From an uncultured delta proteobacterium (GTDB lineage: Bacteria; Desulfobacterota; Desulfomonilia; UBA1062), in contig CAWCTR010000004.1 in NCBI GenBank assembly GCA_963798485.1, positions 352,001 to 416,000 of the forward strand: DNA of 64,000 bases, given 5' to 3'. A program made the position numbers and the translations under genes. This document shows positions 30,183 through 38,779 of this stretch, one piece after another (position 1 is the stretch's first letter; every line of letters starts with the position of its first letter). The notes below the pieces were generated by a model that did no database searches, had not been told where the DNA came from, and was given only the letters and a program-made list of their open reading frames with translations.

Positions 30183-31022
30183 CTAAAAGGTATATACTAA
30201 TGTCAGGCTCGGTCCATAGGTGACATCTTTATAATCACCAGGAGCATAAGTATATTTAGGGGAAAAGTACCATTGCTGATACCTGTATCCAATCTGAATG
30301 ATCATTTTATCAATGGGTAAATAACTCAGGCTTGCTTCAGCATTATATACTATTGAATTATCAGATTTAATTTTCATTTGATTGATAAAAGCCCAACCTA
30401 ATCCACCCTGCATTCCTACAGCAATCTTATCGGAAACAGGGTATGCTACACCAACACCGGCAGTCGGCATATTTACATTGTATTTTATTGTATTTGGAAT
30501 CACTATGTTAGGGTACCCGGGCTCATAAACTGTGAAATTTTCATCAATTTTAACATTTTGATACTTATATCCTGCAAATATTTTGCAATATTCAAGGAAT
30601 GGATAATTATCCTTAAATTGAGAAAGTGAGTAGGAACCAGCTAGATCATAGTCATAGCGTGTGGTGTCTATGTGCGTGTTACAACCTACTGGTAGGCCAA
30701 CGGCATACTGGTTAAGCTTTTGGGAAAAGTTGCTGATTACCATGGGGGCAAAGCTGATATTCCATTTCCCATCCGTGGTTTGATATCCCAATAGAGGTCC
30801 GGCTAAAAATCCAGTTCCAGTTCCTGTACTAGAGTGTATATCCCAATCATAAAGGTTTTTCAAACCTTTAACCGTATTTTGGCTAATCCAGTCTAAAACA
30901 CCCGAATCCCATTTGGTATACCAATACTTGGCCCCTAACAAGAAGGTCCCGGCTTCTGCTTTTGCGAGTGGAAAAGCCAGAAAGAAAACCAATATCCATA
31001 CAATACTGCAAGTTTTCTTCAA
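30183..31022 (-). CDS. Outer-membrane beta-barrel protein
   Basis: Signal peptide, amphipathic beta strands, C-terminal ..LTLVYTF signature; AT-rich. Confidence 0.75.
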   Translation of the reverse strand: MKKTCSIVWILVFFLAFPLAKAEAGTFLLGAKYWYTKWDSGVLDWISQNTVKGLKNLYDWDIHSSTGTGTGFLAGPLLGYQTTDGKWNISFAPMVISNFSQKLNQYAVGLPVGCNTHIDTTRYDYDLAGSYSLSQFKDNYPFLEYCKIFAGYKYQNVKIDENFTVYEPGYPNIVIPNTIKYNVNMPTAGVGVAYPVSDKIAVGMQGGLGWAFINQMKIKSDNSIVYNAEASLSYLPIDKMIIQIGYRYQQWYFSPKYTYAPGDYKDVTYGPSLTLVYTF

Positions 31023-31084
31023 TGTATTATCCCCCCTTTAAATTTTATTATCCCCACAAATCTGCATGTTATCATGATAATGTA

Positions 31085-31909
31085 TTATAAAGTCATGGGT
31101 ATGGCCATCACTAGCTTAGCAAGATTCTTTTTTGCCCTCTCATAGTTTGGATCATATTCCAAGGCCTCTTTAAACTTTTGCTTCGCATCTTTTTCATACA
31201 TGGTTGCATCTTTTTCTTGACCCATTTTTTTCGATTCGTCTGCTTTCATCAATGCTATTTCACCGGAGTAGTTCTTCAATGAGGCATCCACCGATTTGGT
31301 TTCAATAGTGTTCAAGATTTTGCTTTGCTTCTCTTCATCCAGCATGACTTCCAAGACCTTTGTAACTTTAGTGAAAAGATTCTTCTCTACTATAAAAAAT
31401 TTATCGGTTTTACCGGTAGCCGAAGTCGCACATAGCTGGATACCTTTCTCTACAGAAAAAACCTGTGCCGATATTTTAAGTTGTCCTCCCATTTCCATGA
31501 AGGTACCTGTGAGAATGTATTTGGCAGCAGTTAATTTTCCTATGGTTACTGCGGATTTTTTATCAACAAGACCTGACTGCTGCAACTGGATTTCCTTAAG
31601 AATTTCATTAATCCTCTCTCGATCTACGATGTTGAACATCGCGGTTTCTTCTAAGTCAGTGGTAAGCATAGCTGCAATGCCGTATTCCCAAGGTTCGAAA
31701 TAATTCGCCCGTTCTTTTGATGTGGTGTTTACAAATTTTAATACGGCAAGTCCGGATCTTTCCGATCGAGGTAATATGGTACTAGTTGCTTCTACGATAT
31801 CGTAAAACTGAGAGGGCTTTCCATTACTGTCAAATGCTAAGGCGGGCGTAGTTAATAAAAAGGACTCTATCAAAAACAGTATAATCAAATGATATGTATT
31901 AATTCTCAT
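31085..31909 (-). CDS. Exported CsgG/HfaB/FlgO-like domain protein with C-terminal TPR-like helix
   Basis: LAVLKFVN, FNIVDRERINEILKEIQLQQSGLVD, IGKLTAAKYILTG; EALEYDPNYERAKKNL. Confidence 0.78.
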   Translation of the reverse strand: MRINTYHLIILFLIESFLLTTPALAFDSNGKPSQFYDIVEATSTILPRSERSGLAVLKFVNTTSKERANYFEPWEYGIAAMLTTDLEETAMFNIVDRERINEILKEIQLQQSGLVDKKSAVTIGKLTAAKYILTGTFMEMGGQLKISAQVFSVEKGIQLCATSATGKTDKFFIVEKNLFTKVTKVLEVMLDEEKQSKILNTIETKSVDASLKNYSGEIALMKADESKKMGQEKDATMYEKDAKQKFKEALEYDPNYERAKKNLAKLVMAIPMTL

Positions 31910-31923
31910 AGAATCACATCAAT

Positions 31924-31953
31924 TATATGACATCCATCTATATGACATCCATC
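31924..31953. repeat. 15-bp tandem duplication (TATATGACATCCATC x2)
   Basis: Seen directly, just upstream of the CsgG-like gene. Confidence 0.8.
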
Positions 31954-32060
31954 TTAATTTAATCATTCTTCATTAATTACTTGAAAATTACATCGTGTCA
32001 AGGTTTTATCCTGTTTCCCAAAGATGCCAGAGAAAGAGTAAATTACATTGACAACAAGCC

Positions 32061-32086
32061 ATATTAGTTTTATGCAAAACTAATAT
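32061..32086. promoter_or_regulatory. Inverted repeat ATATTAGTTTT-atgc-AAAACTAATAT overlapping the MarR start; candidate autoregulatory operator
   Basis: Perfect 11-bp arms, TTGACA at 32048; half-site AAAACTAATA recurs before the next gene. Confidence 0.7.
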
Positions 32087-32513
32087 GGAAATCAATGAAT
32101 CCAACTTTCTGTATATCATAACCAACATACGGCAGCGGCTGTTCAAGCTCCTGGACAACGAGCTTGCAAAGAATGATATCAAGGGCATCGCTCCGTCGTA
32201 CGGGGATATCCTCTTTGTCCTTGACCAAAAAGGCACGATTACCATGCAGGAAGTGGCAAGGCATACCATCAAGGACAAGTCGACCATCTCATCGGTAATC
32301 AACAAGCTGGAGGCAGGCGGTTTTATCTTGAAGGAACGGGATGCCCTCGACGGGCGCTACACGAATCTGATACTGACTGAGAAGGCAAAGAAACTTCGGC
32401 CTGTCCTGTTTGGAATTTCGAAAGAGATGAATGCGAAACTGTTCGAGGGGTTCAGCGCCGAAGAGAAGCAGACCTTATTCACGCTCATGGAGAAGGTTTA
32501 TAAGAACATTTAG
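32085..32513 (+). CDS. MarR family transcriptional regulator
   Basis: TMQEVA..DKSTISSVINKLE..GFI, DGRYTNLILTEKA. Confidence 0.93.
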   Translation: MEINESNFLYIITNIRQRLFKLLDNELAKNDIKGIAPSYGDILFVLDQKGTITMQEVARHTIKDKSTISSVINKLEAGGFILKERDALDGRYTNLILTEKAKKLRPVLFGISKEMNAKLFEGFSAEEKQTLFTLMEKVYKNI

Positions 32514-32601
32514 AAGGACGTTTTTTTATCCCTGATGGTTGGGTACAAAACTAATAAACGCCATCGCTTTGCAGGAGGGAGAGGATAATGAGAGGTAAAA
32601 A

Positions 32602-33408
32602 GTGATAGAGACAGTACAATATGAACAGGTAACCCAGATACGTATGAGCAGGGAGCTCGACGGCAAGCCGGTATACTGGGTAGCGGCCCACCTGGTCAAC
32701 GGGCTGCTTATCGACACCGGGTGCAGTCATACCTCGAAGGAACTTGCTTCTTTCCTTCAGGACAAAGACCTCAAGCAAGTGGTCAACACCCACTACCATG
32801 AGGACCACATGGGCGGGAATCATGACATCATGAGCAGATATGGTATGGATGTGTATGCGCATCCCGATTCCATCCCCCTGATCGCCAAGAGGTTCGACCT
32901 CTATCCCTACCAGGAAATAGCCTGGGGCTATCCTGTTCCGACAATTGTAAAACCTATTCCTGCAGTCCTAAGGACCGATCATTACACATTTCAGATAGTG
33001 GATACCCCCGGTCATTGCATCGGGCACGTCTCCCCTGTGGAACTTTCAAAAGGGTGGTGCTTTACGGGCGATCTCTTTGCCCGGGAGAATCCGAAGTTTA
33101 TCCGGCCCGAAGAAAATATCGGGGAGATCATACGATCCATGCGCAAGGTCATCGAGCTCCCTACGGAACGACTCATCCTATTTACCGCAGTGGGAAAGAT
33201 CGTTCAGGACGGGAGAAAGGCCCTGCGTCGGTGTATTATTTACCTTACCGATCTTGCTGCAAAGGTTCACAAGCTCCATGATTCAGGATCTACCATTGAC
33301 GAGATCCTGGTCAATGAATTCGGAGGTGAGCATGTATTCAGTCAGCTCACGAACGGCCAGTTCTCCACACTCAGCCTGATCAACTCGCTCCTGGAAACAG
33401 CGTCATAA
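32602..33408 (+). CDS. MBL-fold metallo-hydrolase
   Basis: LIDTG, THYHEDHMGG, TPGH, TGD. Confidence 0.9.
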   Translation: MIETVQYEQVTQIRMSRELDGKPVYWVAAHLVNGLLIDTGCSHTSKELASFLQDKDLKQVVNTHYHEDHMGGNHDIMSRYGMDVYAHPDSIPLIAKRFDLYPYQEIAWGYPVPTIVKPIPAVLRTDHYTFQIVDTPGHCIGHVSPVELSKGWCFTGDLFARENPKFIRPEENIGEIIRSMRKVIELPTERLILFTAVGKIVQDGRKALRRCIIYLTDLAAKVHKLHDSGSTIDEILVNEFGGEHVFSQLTNGQFSTLSLINSLLETAS

Positions 33409-33465
33409 GGAAATCAATGATCGGATAAAAAACCGAGAACCAGAAGACTTAGCTCAGGTGATGTT

Positions 33466-34473
33466 TCACCCCATGTATCCTTTGGTTATATAATAATTCA
33501 CCTTGTCGTAGAGGAAGATGATACGGTTGTTGAGCTCCAGGGTGCTGTAGATCTCAAGGGGCGAGTTTAAAATCCTCTGCTTGATCACATGCACCCAGAT
33601 GTTTTTCCTGCTCAGCGCAAGGGCATTGAGGATCTCGGGCAGCGGGATATCGAGTTCCCTCATCTTTAAGCCGGCCTCCATGAACCGCTTAGCCTCAAAG
33701 GCCTTCTTTTTTTTCTCCAAACCTTCCTTGATGGCCTGGAGTACGACTTTATTTATGCCCCGGAGCATGTTCATGTGGCGATCCAGCGACGGGATGGAAG
33801 ATATTACTTCCTCGGCCCAACTCTTCGTGATGTCCTCCCTGTCCTTATCTATGACCTTGATGAGGATGTTCGACAATACCATTGCAGGGGAGGTCTCCTC
33901 TGATTGCGGTGTCCGGTCCATTCCAAGATCAGGGAAGAGCTGCTTGAAGGAGTCCATCATTGCCCAATTATCCCGGTAAAGGTCCACAAAGATTTCAACC
34001 GCCTTCTCATTGGAGGACCAGGCAAGCGGAGGCAGATCAAGGATGGGAAAATATTGTGCGTCATTTGCATCATCGCCGGGCTTGAGTTCACCACCGGTTG
34101 CCCTTACCTCATAGGTTACAATGGCAAGGCTTCCATAAAAATCATTATCAACGGTGTCTACGTCTATAAGCCTCACGATCTCACCGGTGATGCCGGCCTC
34201 CTCTTCAAGCTCGCGTAATGCTGCGTCCTTCACCTCCTCACCGCTCTCGGCAAACCCGATGGGCAGGCACCACATATCCTTGTATGGCTCCTTCTTGCGC
34301 TTGACAAGCAGCACCTGCCGTGCATCATTCACTACAAGTGCACATGCCACAGGCAAGGGGTTTTCGTAAAAGACCGTGGTGCAGCATGTGCACATGTCCC
34401 TATTCTTGCCCTCAATCTGCCGCTTCACCACAGGCTCTGCGCAATAGGGACAGTATAACCGCTCTTTCTTCAT
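33466..34473 (-). CDS. Zinc-ribbon NUDIX hydrolase fused to an all-helical (RsbRD-N/globin-like) C-terminal domain
   Basis: CPYC..CTCC, Nudix box GFAESGEEVKDAALRELEEEAG, about 140-aa helical tail ending YITKGY. Confidence 0.82.
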   Translation of the reverse strand: MKKERLYCPYCAEPVVKRQIEGKNRDMCTCCTTVFYENPLPVACALVVNDARQVLLVKRKKEPYKDMWCLPIGFAESGEEVKDAALRELEEEAGITGEIVRLIDVDTVDNDFYGSLAIVTYEVRATGGELKPGDDANDAQYFPILDLPPLAWSSNEKAVEIFVDLYRDNWAMMDSFKQLFPDLGMDRTPQSEETSPAMVLSNILIKVIDKDREDITKSWAEEVISSIPSLDRHMNMLRGINKVVLQAIKEGLEKKKKAFEAKRFMEAGLKMRELDIPLPEILNALALSRKNIWVHVIKQRILNSPLEIYSTLELNNRIIFLYDKVNYYITKGYMG

Positions 34474-35348
34474 TGCCTTCTCCTGTCATGAACAGGAAGT
34501 GTGCATCGGAATATTCCGTCATCCTTGTTAAGGATCACACTGCCATGGATGCGGGCATGCTCATACGAGGTCTTGGTGAAGGCGCTCATGACTGCATCAA
34601 TTTTTGAAGGGTGTCCCTCCAAGACCTCTTTGAAGAACAGCGGCTTCTTGATCGTGATGTATTCCATAAAATCACTGAAATGGGCATAAGGGAAGAGCAG
34701 GGAGTTCTTGTAGAAAATCGCCTTCACATCCTCAAAGAAAGGGGCGAGCCTCGTTGCCCCGTCCTCAAGAGAAAAGGCTTCGAACAGCTCATATATCTTC
34801 AGATCATCAGGCGGTTCTATACCGGCTGACTTCATGCTTTCAGACACGAGCTCCGTTACCTCATGCAGCGAATGCTTGCTGTGGGTCACTGCAATGAAGA
34901 GACCGCCGGGCTCAAGGATACGGGCGATCTCGGCGATAAGGTGAGGGAAGAAATACAGCGAGTAGCTCGTTATGACAAGATCAAAGCCGGAGTCGGCCAT
35001 ATCCCTGATGATCTCGGCGCTGCCCTGGATAAAAATACCCGTGTATCCCATATGGTTCACTATCTGTAAGAAACTGTCCCGGTTGTTCTTTTCAATAACA
35101 TCAATACCGGTAATATGGGCATTGCTGTTCAGCCTTCCGGTCAACCGCTCGGTGAAGAAACCGTATCCGCAACCCAGGTCGAGCACCCTATGCATATGCG
35201 AAAGATCAACACCTTCGAGTGCAACATCACGGATGTCTTTTGTGTTAAGTGCATACCCCTGGATGATGTCCTTGCACCTGCGGTGCCAGACAACCTCCTC
35301 GTAGGTCTTCCTGATGTCTTCGTACGAGAATAATTCTTGCACGTTCAC
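34470..35348 (-). CDS. Class I SAM-dependent methyltransferase
   Basis: VLDLGCGYG, FDLV, ILEPGG. Confidence 0.88.
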   Translation of the reverse strand: MNVQELFSYEDIRKTYEEVVWHRRCKDIIQGYALNTKDIRDVALEGVDLSHMHRVLDLGCGYGFFTERLTGRLNSNAHITGIDVIEKNNRDSFLQIVNHMGYTGIFIQGSAEIIRDMADSGFDLVITSYSLYFFPHLIAEIARILEPGGLFIAVTHSKHSLHEVTELVSESMKSAGIEPPDDLKIYELFEAFSLEDGATRLAPFFEDVKAIFYKNSLLFPYAHFSDFMEYITIKKPLFFKEVLEGHPSKIDAVMSAFTKTSYEHARIHGSVILNKDDGIFRCTLPVHDRRRQ

Positions 35349-35455
35349 ATCCCTCTTTTATTCATGTAGGCTACATAGTAAAGTAAATCAACATTGAAGC
35401 CTTGCCGACTTTTCCCCGGCATGGCTCCTATACAGTCCTTAATAAGGAGGAATCC

Positions 35456-36454
35456 ATGGAACAGCAAGACGTGTACCGGGAATTATCAAAAAAGCTTATG
35501 CTGGAAAATTCAACCATACTCCCCAAGATATGGCGGATAGTATGCAGCGATGAGGAGGCGCAGCTGGTAAACCGCCTGCCTGCTACCCTGGAACAGCTGG
35601 TGCAGGAATCCGGCAAGGCCGCCGAAAAGATGCAGGACACCATCGATGAGCTCTTCCACCGGGGCGTAATATTCGATTTTGTCAAAGACGGCGCTGTCTT
35701 TTACCGCATGCCCCGGCACATCCTGCAGTTCCATGACGCCACCATCCTCTGGCCCGAGGCCCCTGAAGAACTTTTCACGCTTTGGGAGGAGTTCGAAGAT
35801 ACGGATTATCCCCAGCTTCTTGAGCTGGTGACCGCCATCAAGCTGCCCTCGTTCATGCGGGTGATCCCCATAGGAGAGACCATCGAGGCCAGGAACCAGG
35901 TCCTGGCCTTTGAAGATGCCAGGAAGATGCTTGAAAGCGCCGGCTCAATTGCCGTCACTACCTGTGTATGCAGGAAGCTCATGAAGCGCTGCGACGGCCC
36001 CTTGGAGGTATGCCTCCAAATCAATCGCGGCGCAGAGTATAACATCAAGCGTGGGACAGGAAGAAAGGTGAGCCTTGATGAGGCCGTTGCCATCCTCAAA
36101 ATATCCGAGGCAGCGGGCCTGGTTCACATGACCGAGAACACGGCCGGAAAATCCAATGTGCTGTGCAACTGCTGCAACTGCTGCTGCGAGATGCTCAGGT
36201 TCGCAACAAACGAGAAGACAAAAGGCGTCCTTGCACCAAGCCGGTTCCAGGCAAAGGTGGATGCCGGAACGTGCACCACATGCGGGATGTGTATGGAGAT
36301 CTGCCCGGTGGAGGCCATTGCCCTGGACACCGATGATATCGCCGCGGTTAATGCTGATGCATGCATCGGTTGCGGGTTGTGCGCCACGGTGTGTCCGATA
36401 GAGGCCATAAGCCTGTTCGAGGTAAGGCCTAAGGAATTCATCCCGGGGAAGTAG
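35456..36454 (+). CDS. 4Fe-4S dicluster-domain iron-sulfur protein
   Basis: CVCR, CNCCNCCC, two CxxCxxCxxxCP motifs; SD AAGGAGG. Confidence 0.9.
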   Translation: MEQQDVYRELSKKLMLENSTILPKIWRIVCSDEEAQLVNRLPATLEQLVQESGKAAEKMQDTIDELFHRGVIFDFVKDGAVFYRMPRHILQFHDATILWPEAPEELFTLWEEFEDTDYPQLLELVTAIKLPSFMRVIPIGETIEARNQVLAFEDARKMLESAGSIAVTTCVCRKLMKRCDGPLEVCLQINRGAEYNIKRGTGRKVSLDEAVAILKISEAAGLVHMTENTAGKSNVLCNCCNCCCEMLRFATNEKTKGVLAPSRFQAKVDAGTCTTCGMCMEICPVEAIALDTDDIAAVNADACIGCGLCATVCPIEAISLFEVRPKEFIPGK

Positions 36455-36469
36455 TGAGCTTAGGGGAGT

Positions 36470-37456
36470 TCAGTGAGTTGTATCTTCGCTCGGTCCCAAC
36501 ATCTTTATGAATGCGCTCAGGAGGTTATGATCAAACTCGGTGAAGGCATCCCTTTTTATGATCTCGATGGCTTCAAATGGCCTCATGGCTTTCTTGTAGG
36601 GTCGGGCTGATGTCAATGCATCAAAGATATCCGCAATGGCGCAGATGCGGGCGCATGGATGGATATCAGTCATGCCGGAGGGATACCCGGAGCCGTCCGG
36701 CTGCTCATGATGCTGCATGGAAATATAGGCAGCTTCATCGGTGAGGTGCCCGGTCTCCATGAGAATGGAATATCCCCATTCGGGGTGCTTCTTCATGATG
36801 GCCCATTCATCTTCGCTCAGTTTTCCTCGTTTTCTGAGAACAGCCAGAGGTACCCTGGATTTCCCGACATCATGAAGAAAATAACCATAGCTCTGGCGTT
36901 CAAGATTCTCAAGGTCGATCGTGCTGTCACCACGAAAGAAGTGGATGGCAAGCGAGGTGGCGAAGATGCCGACATTGACGCTGTGGGTATAGGTGTTGAA
37001 ATCGTGCTCTGTGATGGAAAAGAGGTCATTGAGCAGGACCTGGTTGTTCATAATGTTCTTGAACATGGGCTTGAGCGTTTTCTTTATCTCCTCGATCCGC
37101 TGCGAATTCGGGTCATCAAATGCCTTCCTGAGGGCATGGATGGATGATACATAGAATGTTGCAGCCTTGACCTTGGAGGGCACCGTCGGGTCGGTGAGTA
37201 TCCTGTCAGAATAAGCGCTGACATATTTTTCAAAGGCAATCGCCTCACTGCCCTTTATGAATATTTTGCTAAGGCCATAGCGGTTCAGCTCGATAAGGTG
37301 GTCCCTGGTGAAAACCCCTCCCTTGCCCAGAAAGGGCATGAGCCTGTCCTCGTGCTTGATGAACAGATCCACTACCGACTTCTCATCAAGCTGAATAACA
37401 TCAATGGGTATAGGCCGGAACACGTCCATATGTGTCTTTTCGGCATCCCGGCGCAA
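36470..37456 (-). CDS. HD-GYP phosphodiesterase
   Basis: HSVNV, HDVGK, HHEQPDGSGYP, ADIFDALTSARPYK; start may be 37429. Confidence 0.92.
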   Translation of the reverse strand: MRRDAEKTHMDVFRPIPIDVIQLDEKSVVDLFIKHEDRLMPFLGKGGVFTRDHLIELNRYGLSKIFIKGSEAIAFEKYVSAYSDRILTDPTVPSKVKAATFYVSSIHALRKAFDDPNSQRIEEIKKTLKPMFKNIMNNQVLLNDLFSITEHDFNTYTHSVNVGIFATSLAIHFFRGDSTIDLENLERQSYGYFLHDVGKSRVPLAVLRKRGKLSEDEWAIMKKHPEWGYSILMETGHLTDEAAYISMQHHEQPDGSGYPSGMTDIHPCARICAIADIFDALTSARPYKKAMRPFEAIEIIKRDAFTEFDHNLLSAFIKMLGPSEDTTH

Positions 37457-37496
37457 TATTATAAATAAACACAGTCTAATTCATTTTTACAAAAAC

Positions 37497-38654
37497 TTAT
37501 GACCTGCTCAACCACTCATTGATGTGCTTTTGCTTCTCGGACCAGGTGCCGGCAATACGCTCTTGCATGAAGGCGGAAAAGACGCTGTCAAAGAGCTGGA
37601 GCCCTGTTTCAAGAAGGCTCATGCGCTCGTAGAAAACGGCTATGCGTTCCTGGTCAGGATCGGTGATCTCGTCGCGCTCGATCTGCACCACCGGGCAGGA
37701 AAAAGAGCCCAGGGCAAAAATGTCGGCCTTCAAAGAAACCTTCCAGGAACGCGGTTCCTTTTCCAGATAGATCAGGGTCTCCGTGATGTTTTTGCCGTCA
37801 CGAATCGCCTCCCTGGTCTCGGAAAACTCCCGCTGGATACCTGTTATAGAACTCTTTCTCTTGCCCTGCTCATGCTCCGCCACCAGTACGAACTTGTCAT
37901 GGAGGTAGGCCATGAAGCCCTCGCCAATCTCAAGAGGGCCTCTCTGGTTGACCTCGTACACCGAGGAGCTGCTGCTCGTGCGATACATGAGCCACAAAAG
38001 AAAGTCCCATCCGACCCACCGGTTGCGCTTTATCTGTAGGAGCACATCCTTCGAAGGGGCTTGGTCGGCTTTTTCGAGAAGATGATGGAGGCCTTCATCC
38101 AGCACCATATGCGCCCTGCTCATGGGGTGAATCGGCTCAAGGGTCAATCCGACAAAGGTCCTTGAAAAGGTGTCTTCCACCATGTCCAGCACCCGCTCGC
38201 TGATGTTGGCTACGGCAAGGATATCCGTATCCGTGTTCCAGACAACATCATAGGTCGCCGGCACGGGCAAAGTCTTTGAGAGGAGCGATGCATGGAGGTT
38301 CTCCCTGATCTCGGCCTTGCGTTTGAAGGGCATGCGCGATATGGCAGGCCTATCCGCAAGCCACCTTGCGCATTCCTTGTCTACAAGGTTCTTCAGCACC
38401 GCTGAGGGGACTTTGCGCTGGTCTCTCCGCAAGGCAAACGCATAGTAGGGGTCGCGCCTGAATACATTCTCATTATCAAAATCAGCGCTTGTATGATCGT
38501 CAAGGTTCACCCAGCCGAGCGCCTCCTCATCGGCGGTCGTATCGATGGGCATGAACCGGTTCTTGCCCAGGCATTCCTGCACCCAGGCAACACCCTTAGG
38601 CTCTCCGATGACCTTGTACTGGTATATGCTCACGGTGTTCGACATGATCCCCAT
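37497..38654 (-). CDS. rdgC: Recombination-associated protein RdgC (long deltaproteobacterial form)
   Basis: MGIMSNTVSIYQY, LGWV, FALRRDQRKVP, GWDFLLWL, FYERM motifs. Confidence 0.75.
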   Translation of the reverse strand: MGIMSNTVSIYQYKVIGEPKGVAWVQECLGKNRFMPIDTTADEEALGWVNLDDHTSADFDNENVFRRDPYYAFALRRDQRKVPSAVLKNLVDKECARWLADRPAISRMPFKRKAEIRENLHASLLSKTLPVPATYDVVWNTDTDILAVANISERVLDMVEDTFSRTFVGLTLEPIHPMSRAHMVLDEGLHHLLEKADQAPSKDVLLQIKRNRWVGWDFLLWLMYRTSSSSSVYEVNQRGPLEIGEGFMAYLHDKFVLVAEHEQGKRKSSITGIQREFSETREAIRDGKNITETLIYLEKEPRSWKVSLKADIFALGSFSCPVVQIERDEITDPDQERIAVFYERMSLLETGLQLFDSVFSAFMQERIAGTWSEKQKHINEWLSRS

Positions 38655-38779
38655 AGGGTTACTCCTTTCATTCAAAGGACACCCCATATACGAAAGACCC
38701 ATGAAAGGGCAAGCCTGGAAAAAACCCTTGAGTGTATACTACATGAACTTAATTTGAAAAAGGCTTGGCAAACGCATTA

